Source: a virus
Lineage: Duplodnaviria; Caudoviricetes
Virus record (IMG/VR): IMGVR_UViG_3300029705_000042
DNA: 64,000 nt
Direction: 5' to 3' (one strand)
This document shows positions 1 through 12,080 of this stretch, piece by piece. Position numbers and translations under genes: made by a program. The notes under the pieces were generated by a model. That model ran no database searches and was not told where the DNA came from. It saw only the letters and a program-made list of their open reading frames with translations. Each line of letters starts with the position of its first letter. Position 1 is the stretch's first letter.

Positions 1-646
1 AGTACATAAAGGAAAACCTAAAAGCGAGGAATTTTGTCAAAATTTATCTGATATACATTCAATAGCCGTTATTTGTATAGAAACAAAAGAAATTTATAAA
101 TCTGCTACATTTGCTGGAAAAGAATTAGGAATTGATAATAGTACAATTTCTAAATGTTGTAGGGGCGATAATAATGAAGCAGGTGGATTTCACTGGATGT
201 TTGCAAATGAATACAGCGAAGAGAAAGCAAAAGAATTATTAGAAAAAACAAGAAATAATCAACATAGACAGGTAATGTGTGTAGATAATAGAAAGGTATA
301 CGATACCATTCAAAGTGCAGCATTGGATGCAGGTGTTAATAGCTCTGAAATTAGTGCCTGTTGTCGTGGCATAATTATGTCGGCAGGACAAAAAAGATGG
401 TTGTATTTAGAAGATGCAACAGAAGAAAAAATACAAGAGTTATTGAGTATCGATATTTCATATGGCAAACCAAAGTCAATTTATTGCGTTGAATTAGATA
501 TGATATTTAAAAATGCTAAAGAAGCTGGTGAATATACTGGCGTTATAAGTAGTAATATTATAGCAGTTTGTAAAGGTAAAAAGGGTCATAAAACTGCTGG
601 TAAGTTACCAGATGGCACAAAATTACACTGGGAATATGCAAACTAA
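1..646 (+). CDS. Homing-endonuclease-like protein, C-terminal part (5' truncated by window edge), NUMOD3 + 3x NUMOD1 DNA-binding repeats
   Basis: Frame open from position 2; HKGKPKSEE (NUMOD3-like) and three repeats of V.C.E....Y.S...A......S.IS.CC.G....AG...W. Confidence 0.75.
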   Translation, partial: VHKGKPKSEEFCQNLSDIHSIAVICIETKEIYKSATFAGKELGIDNSTISKCCRGDNNEAGGFHWMFANEYSEEKAKELLEKTRNNQHRQVMCVDNRKVYDTIQSAALDAGVNSSEISACCRGIIMSAGQKRWLYLEDATEEKIQELLSIDISYGKPKSIYCVELDMIFKNAKEAGEYTGVISSNIIAVCKGKKGHKTAGKLPDGTKLHWEYAN

Positions 647-766
647 ATAACAAATAACAAATAAAGTTATATTAATAAGATTTGTTGGATAACCACCAAC
701 TATTTATTAATATAATTAAACTTAAAATAAAGTAAAACAAAAGAAAAATTAAATTAGAATATTACA

Positions 767-788
767 GCACCCTTGGAGGTGCGTTTTA
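767..788 (+). terminator. Possible intrinsic terminator upstream of the tape measure gene
   Basis: GCACCT-TTGG-AGGTGC hairpin followed by GTTTT. Confidence 0.4.
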
Positions 789-818
789 TAATGCACCTGA
801 AAGGAGTGTGAATTATAT

Positions 819-3800
819 ATGGCTGATTATCGTATAGAATTAGGTGTCAAACTTAAAGACAATGCTATACAAGATGAAATTAATGAGGCTCAAAGAACAT
901 TAAAGCCTATCGAGATTAAAGTTGATGCCGAAACAAAAGAATTAACCAATACAATAAAAGAAGCATTAAATAGTTTGTCAAAGGGTACTAAAAATGCTTT
1001 AACTCTTGATACTTCTAAAATAGAATCGGCTCTTGGAGAAGTTGCGAATGAAATAAAAATAATTAAGTCTTCTATAGGCACTCTTGATGGCGGAGATATG
1101 AAGTCTCTTCTTGCTACCATTAATCAAATGAATACAGCCTTAGACAAGGCTTCTAATCAATTTGTAGAACTTAATAAAAGTTTAGATGCTTTGAGTAGAA
1201 AAGATTTTAGTCTTGATATCGGAATTAAACTTGGCGGCTCTAATTCTGTTATCAATAATTCTTTGTATGGTGATTTTGTAAAAGATGATGTATTGCCTAC
1301 ATTGAAGAAGCAAGAACAAGCGTTGACAAAATATTTGGCACAGTATTTTAATACAAATGAGTTTAGTGCTGTTGACAAATTGTTATCAAAGTCTGACAAT
1401 GGTCTTGGCGGTGTCGGTGGCGTTATAGAAATTATGGATAAGTTGGAGTCGCCACTTAAGAAGAGTGAAAGTCTTAAAGACAGAATGCGAGAGTATAAGA
1501 ACTTTATTAACGCCATAATAAGTTCTGCAAATATGCAAGGCATTGACCTTTCTCCTGTTCTTTCTCAGTTTGAAAAACTGCCAAATGAATTGATTGAAAC
1601 CGCTGACAACATTAGGAACGGTACAAAACAAGTTGATGAAAGTGTCGATAAATTAAAAAGTATTTTTGGCGGTGGCATTGATGTTGAAGGTCTCTCCTCT
1701 GCACTTCAACCAATTATTACTGATTTAAGAGAAATTAAAGAGGCTCTTCAAGATTTATCAAAGAGCGTATCTCTTGATGGATTAACATCTTCGTTTGATA
1801 GGTTGTCTGAGACATTAGAAAAGTTAATGACTAATGCCAAATTGGTTCAAGATGTTCTTGGCAATGGTAAAATGGCGGTTGTCGATACAGACACTGGTGA
1901 AGTAAAAGAAATACAAGAGGTTATCGAGAACAAGAAAACAGAATCTCGACAAGCACAAGAAACCGCCGATGCTATTGTTCAAAGTGAAAAAAGAAAACAG
2001 CAAGCTTACAGAGAAACCAATCGGTTAATTTCTGATTCTGCAAAAGAAGCTATAGATAGTGTAGGTTCTCAGTCAATTTATAAGAGTTTTGAAGTTGATG
2101 AGTCTGATTCTATTAAATTCAGACGAGAGATGGAGAGTCTTGTAAGTCAATGGACTAACGCCAAAGGTAAATTGACTGATATTAAAATAGACACAACAAC
2201 TGTCTTTGACAAAGACACAGGACGAAACATTGAAAAGATTCGTCAAGCGCAAGTAACTTATAATAATGAGTTGGGCGAGACAATCAAAAAAACCATTGCA
2301 TTAAGACAAATAGGGACAGAAGTCAAGGTAGTCGATGGAAAGGAAATGGCTTCTCCTATACAGGGTTTTGTAGAAGTATCTGGACAATACTCAAAGTCTC
2401 TTGGCAAAACAAAAGTTCAGACTGATGCTTTTGTTAAGCAACAGAAACAAGCCGTTTCAAATCTTACAAATCAAATAAATCAATTAAATCGAGCTGCTAG
2501 CGACCAAAATGCGTCCAGACCTATTAAGGATTCTTCGCATTTAGATATTCTTTCTTCTAAATATGAAGAAATTATTTCTGCTATTCAAAGATTGAAGAGT
2601 GCTTCGACTGATACATTTGTTGACGAACAAAATAATGTTAAAGCGTTGATTTCTGATTTCAAGAGTTTGGTATCTGAATATAAAAATGCTGAAAACGTGT
2701 CAACAAAGATGAAAGGCACTGATTTTACATCAGGACTTGATATTGCAAAAAATGATTTGGAAAAGTTTAAGGCTCAAGCAAGAGATTTTCCAAAAATTAC
2801 TGCCACAATTGAAGAGTTAGATAGAGCTATTGAGTCGGTTGGCGATGCCGCTTCTCTAAATAAATTTAATGACCAATTAAGAGTCGCAAGGTCTGAATTA
2901 GCAAAAATTAAATCAGAAACTTCTGCTACTAATAGAAGTGAAAAGGTTGGCATTAATATATCTGGCTTAGAATCCAAGATTTCAGATTTACAAAGAATAA
3001 GTCCAGAAATCAATAAGTTTGAAGCGGAAATAGATGGTGCAAAAGTCTCCGTACGGAGCTTGTTAAATGACTTGGGCAAGGTCAAAACTCAAGGTGATTT
3101 TTCGGTTGTTAATTCGAGATTTAAGGCGTTTGCTGATTCTGCGAAGGCGGCTGGTATTGCAGTTGCTGAAACTGTGGGAAAAGCTAAGTCAATAAAAGAT
3201 ATTAAGTTTGATATTGGTACTGGTAAGTTTGATGCACAGATAGTAGAAGTTGCAAATGGATTTGATAAATTATCACTTAAATCAGATGATATTCGTGCTG
3301 ATATAGAAAAACTTAAACAATTGTTGTCTAATATGCAGACGGCTGCTGCTGTTGATGATATTGATGCTTTAAAAAATGCTTATAAAGAATATGAGAGAAT
3401 ATTAGAAAGCGTTAATAATCAGATAAGTATCAATACAACTAAACAGCAAGAAGCCAATAGACAACGAGTACAGACGAACAACGATGATGCGTTAATCGAG
3501 GCTAAAAAGTCACTGCGCTGGGATATAGATAATTATCTTAAGAATAATACGGCTGCTGCAAAGCAATTCGCCAGTACAATTAAAGAGATTCGTGCCGCTA
3601 TAGACACTTGTGATGATAGTAGTGCTTTAAAAAATCTTAAATCACAATTCGATAATGTTAAAAGAGAAGCTAATTTTACTTTAAAGAGTACTCAAACTTT
3701 TGGTGATAAGATTAAGAAGCAGTGGCAACAGTATTCGACTTATTTGGGCGTTGCTTCTATATTCCAATATGCTGAGCAAGGTTTAAGGAGTATGTTTGAG

Positions 3801-4531
3801 CAGGTTAAGTTAATTGACTCTGCTATGACAGAACTTAAAAAGGTTACGAATGAAACCGATGAAGCTTATAATCGGTTTCTAACCAATGCCGCTACGAGGT
3901 CAAGAGAAATTGGAACAACTATTGACGGTCTTGTAAGTTCTACTGCTGATTTTGCAAGATTAGGTTATGGATTCGAAGATGCTCAAGGACTCGCAGAAGT
4001 AGCGAATATATATGCAGTTGTTGGTGATGAAATCAACGGAGTTGAAGGTGCGACTGAAAGCTTGATTTCTACGATGGCTGCATTTAAAGATGAAATGAAT
4101 GGCATGAGTAATACCGACTTTGCCATGAGTATCATAGATAAATTTAATGAAATAGGTAACAATTTTGCTATCTCGTCGGGCGGTATTGGCGAGGCGTTAG
4201 AGAGGTCTGCTTCTTCTCTTATGGCTGCAAACAATACGATTGACGAAAGTATTGCGTTAATTACTAGCGCCAACCAAGTAGTTCAGAATCCCGAATCTGT
4301 GGGTAATGCCCTGAAGACCATTTCCATGAGAATTCGTGGGGCTAAGACAGAGATGGAAGAAATGGGCGAAGATACCGAGGGTATGGTTGACTCTACTGCA
4401 AAACTCAGAGAAGAGATAATGGCTCTCTCTGGGGTTGACATCATGATTTCGCCTACAGAATTTAAAAGTACTTACCAGATTATGGACGAACTCGCTCAGA
4501 AATGGGAAGACTTAACAGACATACAACAGGC
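819..4531 (+). CDS. Tape measure protein, exon 1 (spliced product predicted 4038 aa)
   Basis: RBS AAGGAG; long helical Ala/Lys-rich protein with TP901-type TMP core (IDSAMTELKKVT...FARLGY...VGNALKTISMRIRG); the reading frame continues in exon 2 after removal of intron 1. Confidence 0.9.
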
Positions 4532-6122
4532 AAAATGCTTGCCTGACAATGTAGAAATACATTGATAGAATACATTTAATTGCAGGTAAACCCTTAGAGC
4601 CTTGCACCACAATAATCAGGAAACTAGATTATGAAGGTTTGACAACGCAAGGATTGGGCGTTCATGCAGCAAAGCACCCTACCGTTATACATAGACCATA
4701 TGTTAATAGTCGAGGGTGAATGTTCACAGACTATCCCCAAGTCGGGATTTAGGAATATCAACGATGTTGATTATAAAATAAGAGTGGAAATCTCGAATAC
4801 CTAAATCAAAAGGAGTACGGCATAAGTTAACGATGTGAGTGAAAATCTCTTAAATGGAAAAGGTGTACCCTTCCCCTATTCATATAGGAAAGGTGAAGAA
4901 ATAGTCGGACTTATACGAAAGTATAAAATTTATTTTGTTAGAACTTTAATTAAGGAAATAAAAGATGTTGAAGTATACTTATGAAGATGTATTAAAATCG
5001 TTTGAGGAACGAGGATATACATTGTTAATAACAAAGGATGAATATAAAAGTGTAACGCAAAAATTACAATACATATGCAATAAACACAAAGATAAAGGTG
5101 TTTTGGAAATTTCTTATTCTAAACTGATGAATGGTCGTGGTTGTACTTATTGCGGCAGAGAAAGAACTGTGGCAGCAAAAACTAAACCATTTGATTATAA
5201 TGAAGCGGTTGAGTTGTGTAAAAAATATGATTTTGAGTTTGTTGATATAAAAAGAGAAAATAGTGTAATATACATTTATTTTATATGCAACAAACATCGA
5301 GACCTTGGTGTTCAAAAAATGAGAAAAACAAATATGAAGCGAGGCATTAAGGGCTGTATATATTGCAAAGGTGATTTGCCTGAGTGGTATGTTAGGCAAA
5401 AAATTAATGAGTTATATCCACATATAAAGTTGACTGGTAATTATGTTAATATGTCTACGCCTATTGACTGTTATTGTGAAAAACATGATATCTATTGGAA
5501 GACGACTGCTCAAAACATATTATTTGGTCATGGTTGTATAGAATGTGGAAAAGAAAAGTTGTCCAAACAACATATTTATACCCAGAGTGAATTTGAAAAT
5601 TTGATTAGATTTGTTAATCCAGATATAGAGGTTATTAGCAATTATAAAGGTATGGAATATGATATAACAGTCAGATGTAAAAAATGCGGATATGTATGGA
5701 CGCTTAACGCTCAAAGCTTAAAAGCGAATGGAACTCGTTGCAAGAAATGTTCTTATACATACAAAGGTGAAGATAGAATTATAGAAATATTGCATAATTA
5801 CAATTGTAATTTTATTCATCAACATAAATTTGAAGATTGCAAAGACAAGAAATGTTTGCCATTTGATTTCTATTTGCCAGACTTTAATTTGTGCATTGAA
5901 TTTGATGGTGAGCAACATTACAAACCTAAATTTGGTATGGATAATTTTATACAAACACAAAAACATGACAAAATTAAAAATGAGTATTGTGAATCTCATA
6001 ACATTAGATTACTGAGAATTCCTTATTGGGAAGGTAGTAATTCTGAAAGCATTATAAAAAACAAATTAAATATAAACTAACAAAATAAATTAATAGGATT
6101 TACGCTCCTATTTGAGAAAATG
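4532..6122 (+). mobile_element. Group I intron 1 (1591 nt) in the tape measure gene
   Basis: Core motifs P (AATTGCAGGTAAA), Q (TTCATGCAGC), R (GTTCACAGACTA), S (AAGAAATAGTC); P1 CAGGC/GCCTG; P10 AATGCTT/AAGTATT; terminal G6122; splicing restores LTDIQQA-SITELIAGKRQGN. Confidence 0.9.
4965..6080 (+). CDS. Intron-encoded homing endonuclease: Cys/His zinc-ribbon repeats + Vsr/DUF559-like PD-(D/E)xK domain
   Basis: Repeated C..H...GC..C units; C-terminal PFDFYLPDFNLCIEFDGEQH...HDKIKNEYC..LLRIPYW; lies after the S element (P9 region). Confidence 0.8.
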   Translation: MLKYTYEDVLKSFEERGYTLLITKDEYKSVTQKLQYICNKHKDKGVLEISYSKLMNGRGCTYCGRERTVAAKTKPFDYNEAVELCKKYDFEFVDIKRENSVIYIYFICNKHRDLGVQKMRKTNMKRGIKGCIYCKGDLPEWYVRQKINELYPHIKLTGNYVNMSTPIDCYCEKHDIYWKTTAQNILFGHGCIECGKEKLSKQHIYTQSEFENLIRFVNPDIEVISNYKGMEYDITVRCKKCGYVWTLNAQSLKANGTRCKKCSYTYKGEDRIIEILHNYNCNFIHQHKFEDCKDKKCLPFDFYLPDFNLCIEFDGEQHYKPKFGMDNFIQTQKHDKIKNEYCESHNIRLLRIPYWEGSNSESIIKNKLNIN

Positions 6123-9100
6123 AAGTATTACAGAACTTATCGCTGGAAAACGCCAAGGAAATATCGTTTCCAGTTTAATGACGAATTTCGATACAGCCAG
6201 AGAAGCACTTGAAACCTCAATGAACTCTGCTGGTTCGGCAATGCAAGAGCATGAAAAGTGGCAACAGTCTCTCGAAGCTCAAATTAATAAGCTTAAGGCA
6301 TCTTGGCAAGGATTGTCTCAAGCGTTTTTAAAATCAGACTTTTTAAAAAAAGTTATTGATGTGCTAATTGACTTTGTAGATGTCTTAACTAAACTTATAG
6401 ATAAAGTTGGCGCATTTCCTGTTTTACTTGGCGTTTTTGCTGGATTTAAAGTTGTTCCTGCACTTTTTGGGAAAATAGGAAAAACGGCAAAAGCTGCTGG
6501 TGGTGGAATTAAAAGTTTCTCTGATATTTTAGCACTATTAAAACTATCATTCCCAAATGTTACAAAATTAATAGAGAACTTTATAGCATCTTTAAAAAAA
6601 AGCGAAGATGGTTCTCGTGGCTTTACTAAATCACTTAAAGGTATTTGGGATGCATTAAAACAACATTGGATTATTGCAGTTGTTGTAGCGGCTGTCACTA
6701 TATTAACTGCTGTTTTTGGATACCAAGCTAAACAAGCTGAAAAACTTTCCAAAAAAGTTGAAGAACTTACAGACAAATACAAAGAACAGCACGAAGAGTT
6801 AAAGAAGATTAAGAATGACTACGATACTACTAATGAATCTTCGATGATTTCCAAGTATGAGAAATTATCAAGGGGTGTAGACCATTATGGAAGAAATATT
6901 TCTTTAACCGCTGAAGAATATTCAGAATATCAAGATATTGTTAATAAAATTGCAGACCAATTCCCATCTCTTATTTCTGGGTATGATGAGCAAGGTAACG
7001 CATTGCTCTCTTGTAAGGGTAATGTCGAACAACTTACCGAAGCGTATGAAAAATTAATCCATGCTCAAAATCAAGCAATATTGACAAACACGGGCGATAT
7101 CGAAAAAGATTTTGAAAATACGCTTACAAAGGCTAGTGGTGAACATTGGTGGTCTAACGGTCATGGATTTTGGAAGGGTCTTTTTGTAAACGGGGCAGAT
7201 TTTAGTGACCATGTTGGTCTTGGCTCAGTTGATTTTATTAATCAAATTGGCAAACGAATGTTTGATTATGAGCTAAAAACTGACACCGCACAAGCCATTC
7301 AAGATTTAATAAATGCTAAGAATGACAACGAAAAGAAGAAAATATTAGAAAAGTTAAAGCAAGACAAATATGCCGAAGAAGAACTTAGAGACCTTCTTCC
7401 TAGTATGGGTTATGATGTAGGCTTTTTTGAATCACCTTATAAAGTACTTGAAGAAGCGTTAGAGAAAGATTCAGCAAAGTTACAAGAAGTTGTTAATAAC
7501 TATTATGCTTCTTTTGCTGAAGCAGTAGAAGAACAGAAAACAATAGCGCAGGCTAAATTAAGCGAAGCATTCGATGTTAGCAGTGTAATTAGCGGTTTAG
7601 ATTATGGCAACATAACCGAAGAATTGCAAACACTTGCCCATCAAACCGTTGCTAATTTAGATTTAGATTTCTTTGAGGAACTTAATGAGCAAGGTAAAAC
7701 TGTTGAACAATGGACAACAGAACTTCTTAATCAACTTAATGCAGTTGGTAAGGTTCATGGAAAAACTATTGAAGATGCCTTTGAATTGCAAACTCAATTT
7801 AACGGTGGCGACATTAATTATGGTGATTATGTTGATAAGTTAAGAGAAGTTGAAAAGGTAATCGACGGACTAAATTTAAAAGACGAAGCAAAAACTCAAC
7901 TTAAAATAAGTCTTGGCTTAGATGATGAGGGTGTTGTTGACCAATATGATGCGCTTATAAAGCGTTTGACAACTGGCGCAGAAAATAGTTTAGGCTTAGA
8001 CGCTACGGCTGTCAAAAAATTTATAGATGATTTATCGGTTGAAGAATTTTCGATTCTTGCAAAAATTGTTCCTAATTTAGAAGCTGGTACTACTCTCGAT
8101 GAAATTCAATCTTTAATTGATGATAAGTTGGCGACAGAATTCAAATTTGACATTACTGTTCAAACTGAAGGTATTGAAGCCCTTAACACTGCTCTATCCG
8201 AATCTCGTTCTGCTGCTGGTTTAACTTCTGAATCAATTGCAGCACTTACTGCAAGATATGAAGATTTAGATGGTTTTAATACCGCTGCTTTATTTGAAAA
8301 GACAGCTAATGGCATTCGCTTGAATAGTGATGAGTTAAGTAGACTTGAAGAACAATATGTAAATACTAATAAGCTTGAGATTGATAAAAATCTCAATTCT
8401 CTTGTTGAAAAGTATCAAGATGTCAATAATGAGCTGAAGACCAATACATCTTTGACATCAGACGAAAGAAAAGAGCTTGAACGCTCCAAAGAATCTCTTG
8501 CTGATAAGATTGATGAATTATCTACTCTTGCCTCTCAATATGATGGCTTAACTTCTGCTTTTACCAAGTGGCAAAATGCTCTTGATGGTGCCGAAGAAGG
8601 TGACAATTACGATTCTGTGTTTGAAAACCTTGAAGCTATGAAAGAGCTTGACGACAAGAAGCTGTATGGCACCGATAAATATAAAACCTTTGCTCAATTA
8701 ATGAGTTATGAAGATTTGTCGTCTGCGAGTATAGATGAAATTGGCAAAGCATTTGATAAGGGCTATAAAAAGGCTGAAAGATATTTTACGGAAACCAAAC
8801 AAGGTAGTACAAACTTCTTAAAAGACCTTAATAAGATTAACTCTGAATGGGCACATATAAATAAAAATGGTGATTGGGAAGTAAATATTAATGCCGAAGA
8901 AGCAGCCAAGAAACTTGGAATAAGTGTCGAGGCTGTTTTATTACTTTTAGACAAGCTTAAAGATTATGGTGTTGAAGTTAATATTGAAGATACTTCTGTT
9001 GATAACCTTAAAACTAAAATTGAGAAAACAGAAGCAAAACTTAAAGAACTTGGTCAATCCCCTGTTGATATTAATGTAGATATTGAAGCAAGCTCTTCTA

Positions 9101-11778
9101 ATCTTGGCAAGATAGAATCTGAAATTGAAAAGGCTAAATCTAAGATTGCAGAAATAAATAATAGTTCTGTTAGTCCAGAAGTTAAAACCGCTCAATTAGA
9201 AGACGCACGAGCAAAGTTAGAAGCGTTAATTCAAAAGAAACAAGAAGCAAGTCAACCTGCTTTTATGAATTTGAACACTTCTCAAGTCAATGCTTCTCTT
9301 GTTGATGCTCTTGAAAAAATTCAATCTTATCAAGCCGCTCTTAATGAACTTAATGAGTTAAAAGAACTTAAAGCTGCTGGCATTGCCATTGATGATACAG
9401 AGATAGCTGCTGCTGAAGAAAAACTTGACGGATTTGCAAAAGCAATCCAAGGTCTTGATGGCGATGTTAAGGTTGCAATCGGTCTTGAAGAAGACGGCAG
9501 TATTGATTCTATTCATAAGGCTTTTGAAGAAGGCAAAGTTAAAATAGATGCAAATACAGACCCCGCTCTTAATAAGATTGAACAACTTGCTGAAAATGTT
9601 GAAAGAATTGAAGATAAAGATGTAACAATTAATGTTACGGTCAATGGTTTAAATGATGTTAAAGAACTCAATAAACAAATTGACCTTGCTACTGATATTC
9701 AAGGCGACATTGATAAATTATCTGAATATGTAGAAAATGCTAAGGAATTAAGTAAGCTTGGAAATAATATTACTTCAAAAGTTACCGCAGATGTTCAAGG
9801 TAATGTTATTAAAACCCCAGAATATGAAATTAACAATTTAAAGGTGTTTACTGACGGTGCCAAGGATGTTCATTCTATAGGGTATGTTTCAAGCAAGGTC
9901 ACTGCCGATATTGATGGCAATGTTTTTGATAATAGTGAGCGTACTATTGACAATCTTAAAGCATACACAGATAGTGCCAAAGATATCAAAGAATTCAAAG
10001 GTGATATATCAAGCAAAATTACTGCAGATATTGAGGGTGATGTCTTTGATAAAAATGAAAGCACTATTAATAATCTTGAGGTATTCGTTGATAGTGCAAA
10101 AGGCATAAAAGAAATTGAAGGTAATATTGTAAGTAATATTACTGCTAACACACTCGGTAGCGTATTTACCGACAAAGAACGCAGCATCGATAATCTCGAT
10201 GTGTATATCGAAAGTGCTAAAGGCATTAGGGATATCGAGGGTAATATTGTAAGTAATATTACCGCTGATGTTGATGGTAGTGTATTTACAGATAGTGAAC
10301 GCACCATTGATAATCTCAAAGTATTTATTGACAGTGCTAAAGGAATAAAAGATTTCGAAGGAGATACTATCAGTAATATTACTGCAAACACTTTGGGTAA
10401 CGTGTTTACTGATAGTGAGCGTACTACCGACAATCTCAAAACTTTCATTGAAAGTGCTAATGGTATTAAAGATATCAAAGGTGACATTGTTAGTAACATC
10501 ACAGCAAATACCCTTGGCAGTGTATTCACTGATGAAGAAAAATCTCTTGATAATCTTAGTGTATTCATAGAGAGTGCAAAAGGTATCAAGGATATTCAAG
10601 GCGATATAGTTAGTAACATTACTGCCAATACTTTAGGTAGTGTTTTCGAAGACAAAGAGCGTAGCATTGACAACCTTAAAGTCTTTACTGAAAGTGCAAA
10701 GGGAATCAAAGAGATTGAAGGCGATATCGTAAGTAATATTACCGCCAATACTTTAGGAAGTGTCTTTGAAGACCCAGAAAGAGAAACAAACAACCTTAAA
10801 GTTTTTGTAGATAGTGCTAAGGGCATAAAAGACATTGAGGGTGATATTGTAAGCAATATCACAGCTAACACTTTAGGTAGTGTATTTACTGATAAAGAGA
10901 GGTCAATTGATAATCTCAAAGTATTTATTGATAGTGCAAAGGGAATCAAAGAGATTGAAGGAAACATTTCCAGTAAAATTACTGCTGATGTTGACGGAAA
11001 TGTATTTGATAAATATGAAACTACCATAGACAATCTCGGTGTATTTGTAAAAAATGCAAAGGGTATTAAGAGCGTTGAAGGTGAGGTTTCAAGCAAGGTT
11101 ACTGCTAATGTATATGGCAATGTACTCACCTCTGAAGATGACAAGATTTCCAATCTTGGTGTTTTTGCAGATAACGCCAATAAACTAAAAGGTCTTGGCA
11201 ATTTTTCAAGTAGTGTTTCTGCAAATGCTACTGGCAATGTTGTTGAAGGCGAAGGTGCTGCAAGTAGGCTCTCTTCTTTAACCGAATTTAAATCTATAGT
11301 TAGCGGAATGACAAATCAAACAGTGACTGTTAGTGTTACTGCCAAGGTAGATTCTGAAAATGTCAATGCTGCTATTGATTTATTGAGAAAGGTATCTGAC
11401 AGCGGTGTGTTCAAGGATTATAACGCAACTGTTCAAGTCGGTGCTAAAATTGCTAAAATTGACGATACAGTAGTACAAAATTATAAAGCACCTTCAAAGG
11501 ATAGTACTGTTAAATATAGTGTAGACCCAGAATCGAGTGTTTACACTTGGACTGCGCCTCCAAAAGATGGGGTTGTTAATTATAGTGCGAGTGTTGAAGC
11601 ATTAACGGATGCACAAAAGCACAAAACTGGAACGATTACTTATAAAGCTAAACTTGAAGGTTTTCCTGTTGCCACTGGAACAGCTAATGCCGATGGTTCG
11701 GCTAATGGTCGTGCTTTTTCTCGTGGAAATTGGGGCATAAAAGGAAGCGGTGTTGCCCTTGGTGGCGAGTTAGGTCGT
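6123..11778 (+). CDS. Tape measure protein, exon 2
   Basis: Starts A-AGT ATT ACA GAA (SITE), in frame with ORF 6178; hydrophobic TM-like segments, coiled coil, 40-aa repeats; ends GGELGR at the P1 of intron 2. Confidence 0.9.
9784..11260 (+). repeat. About 13 tandem copies of a 120-nt (40-aa) coding repeat in the TMP
   Basis: Unit ITANTLGSVFTDKERSIDNLKVFIDSAKGIKEIEGDIVSN recurring at 9901, 10021, 10141 ... 11101, with 117-nt outer units. Confidence 0.9.
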
Positions 11779-11930
11779 AAAATATTGCGACCATACATAG
11801 TGATATGTATTAAAAAATCTATTTAATTGCTGGAAAATCCTTAGAGTTATCCTGCTACAACATAAGTCGTGAGACTAAGTGTGAATGCTTAAAAAGTGGA
11901 TAAATTGGACAATCAGCAGCCAAATTCCTA

Positions 11931-11959
11931 TTGACAAAATATTACTATTGTGATATAAT
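11931..11959 (+). promoter_or_regulatory. Consensus sigma70/sigmaA promoter with extended -10, inside intron 2
   Basis: TTGACA-17 nt-TATAAT with TGn preceding the -10 box. Confidence 0.8.
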
Positions 11960-12080
11960 TATGATAGGAAGAGGTTCAACGACTATCCCCTGTGTGGGAG
12001 TAGAGCTACAAGCGATTGGTAGTTCGAAAAGGTAGATATGTGAAATTAAAATAAATTTATTGATAAAGGTGGTGAGAAAA

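Noticed and set aside
9784-11260. CRISPR array
   Set aside because: Repeats are contiguous, in-frame coding units with synonymous variation and no unique spacers
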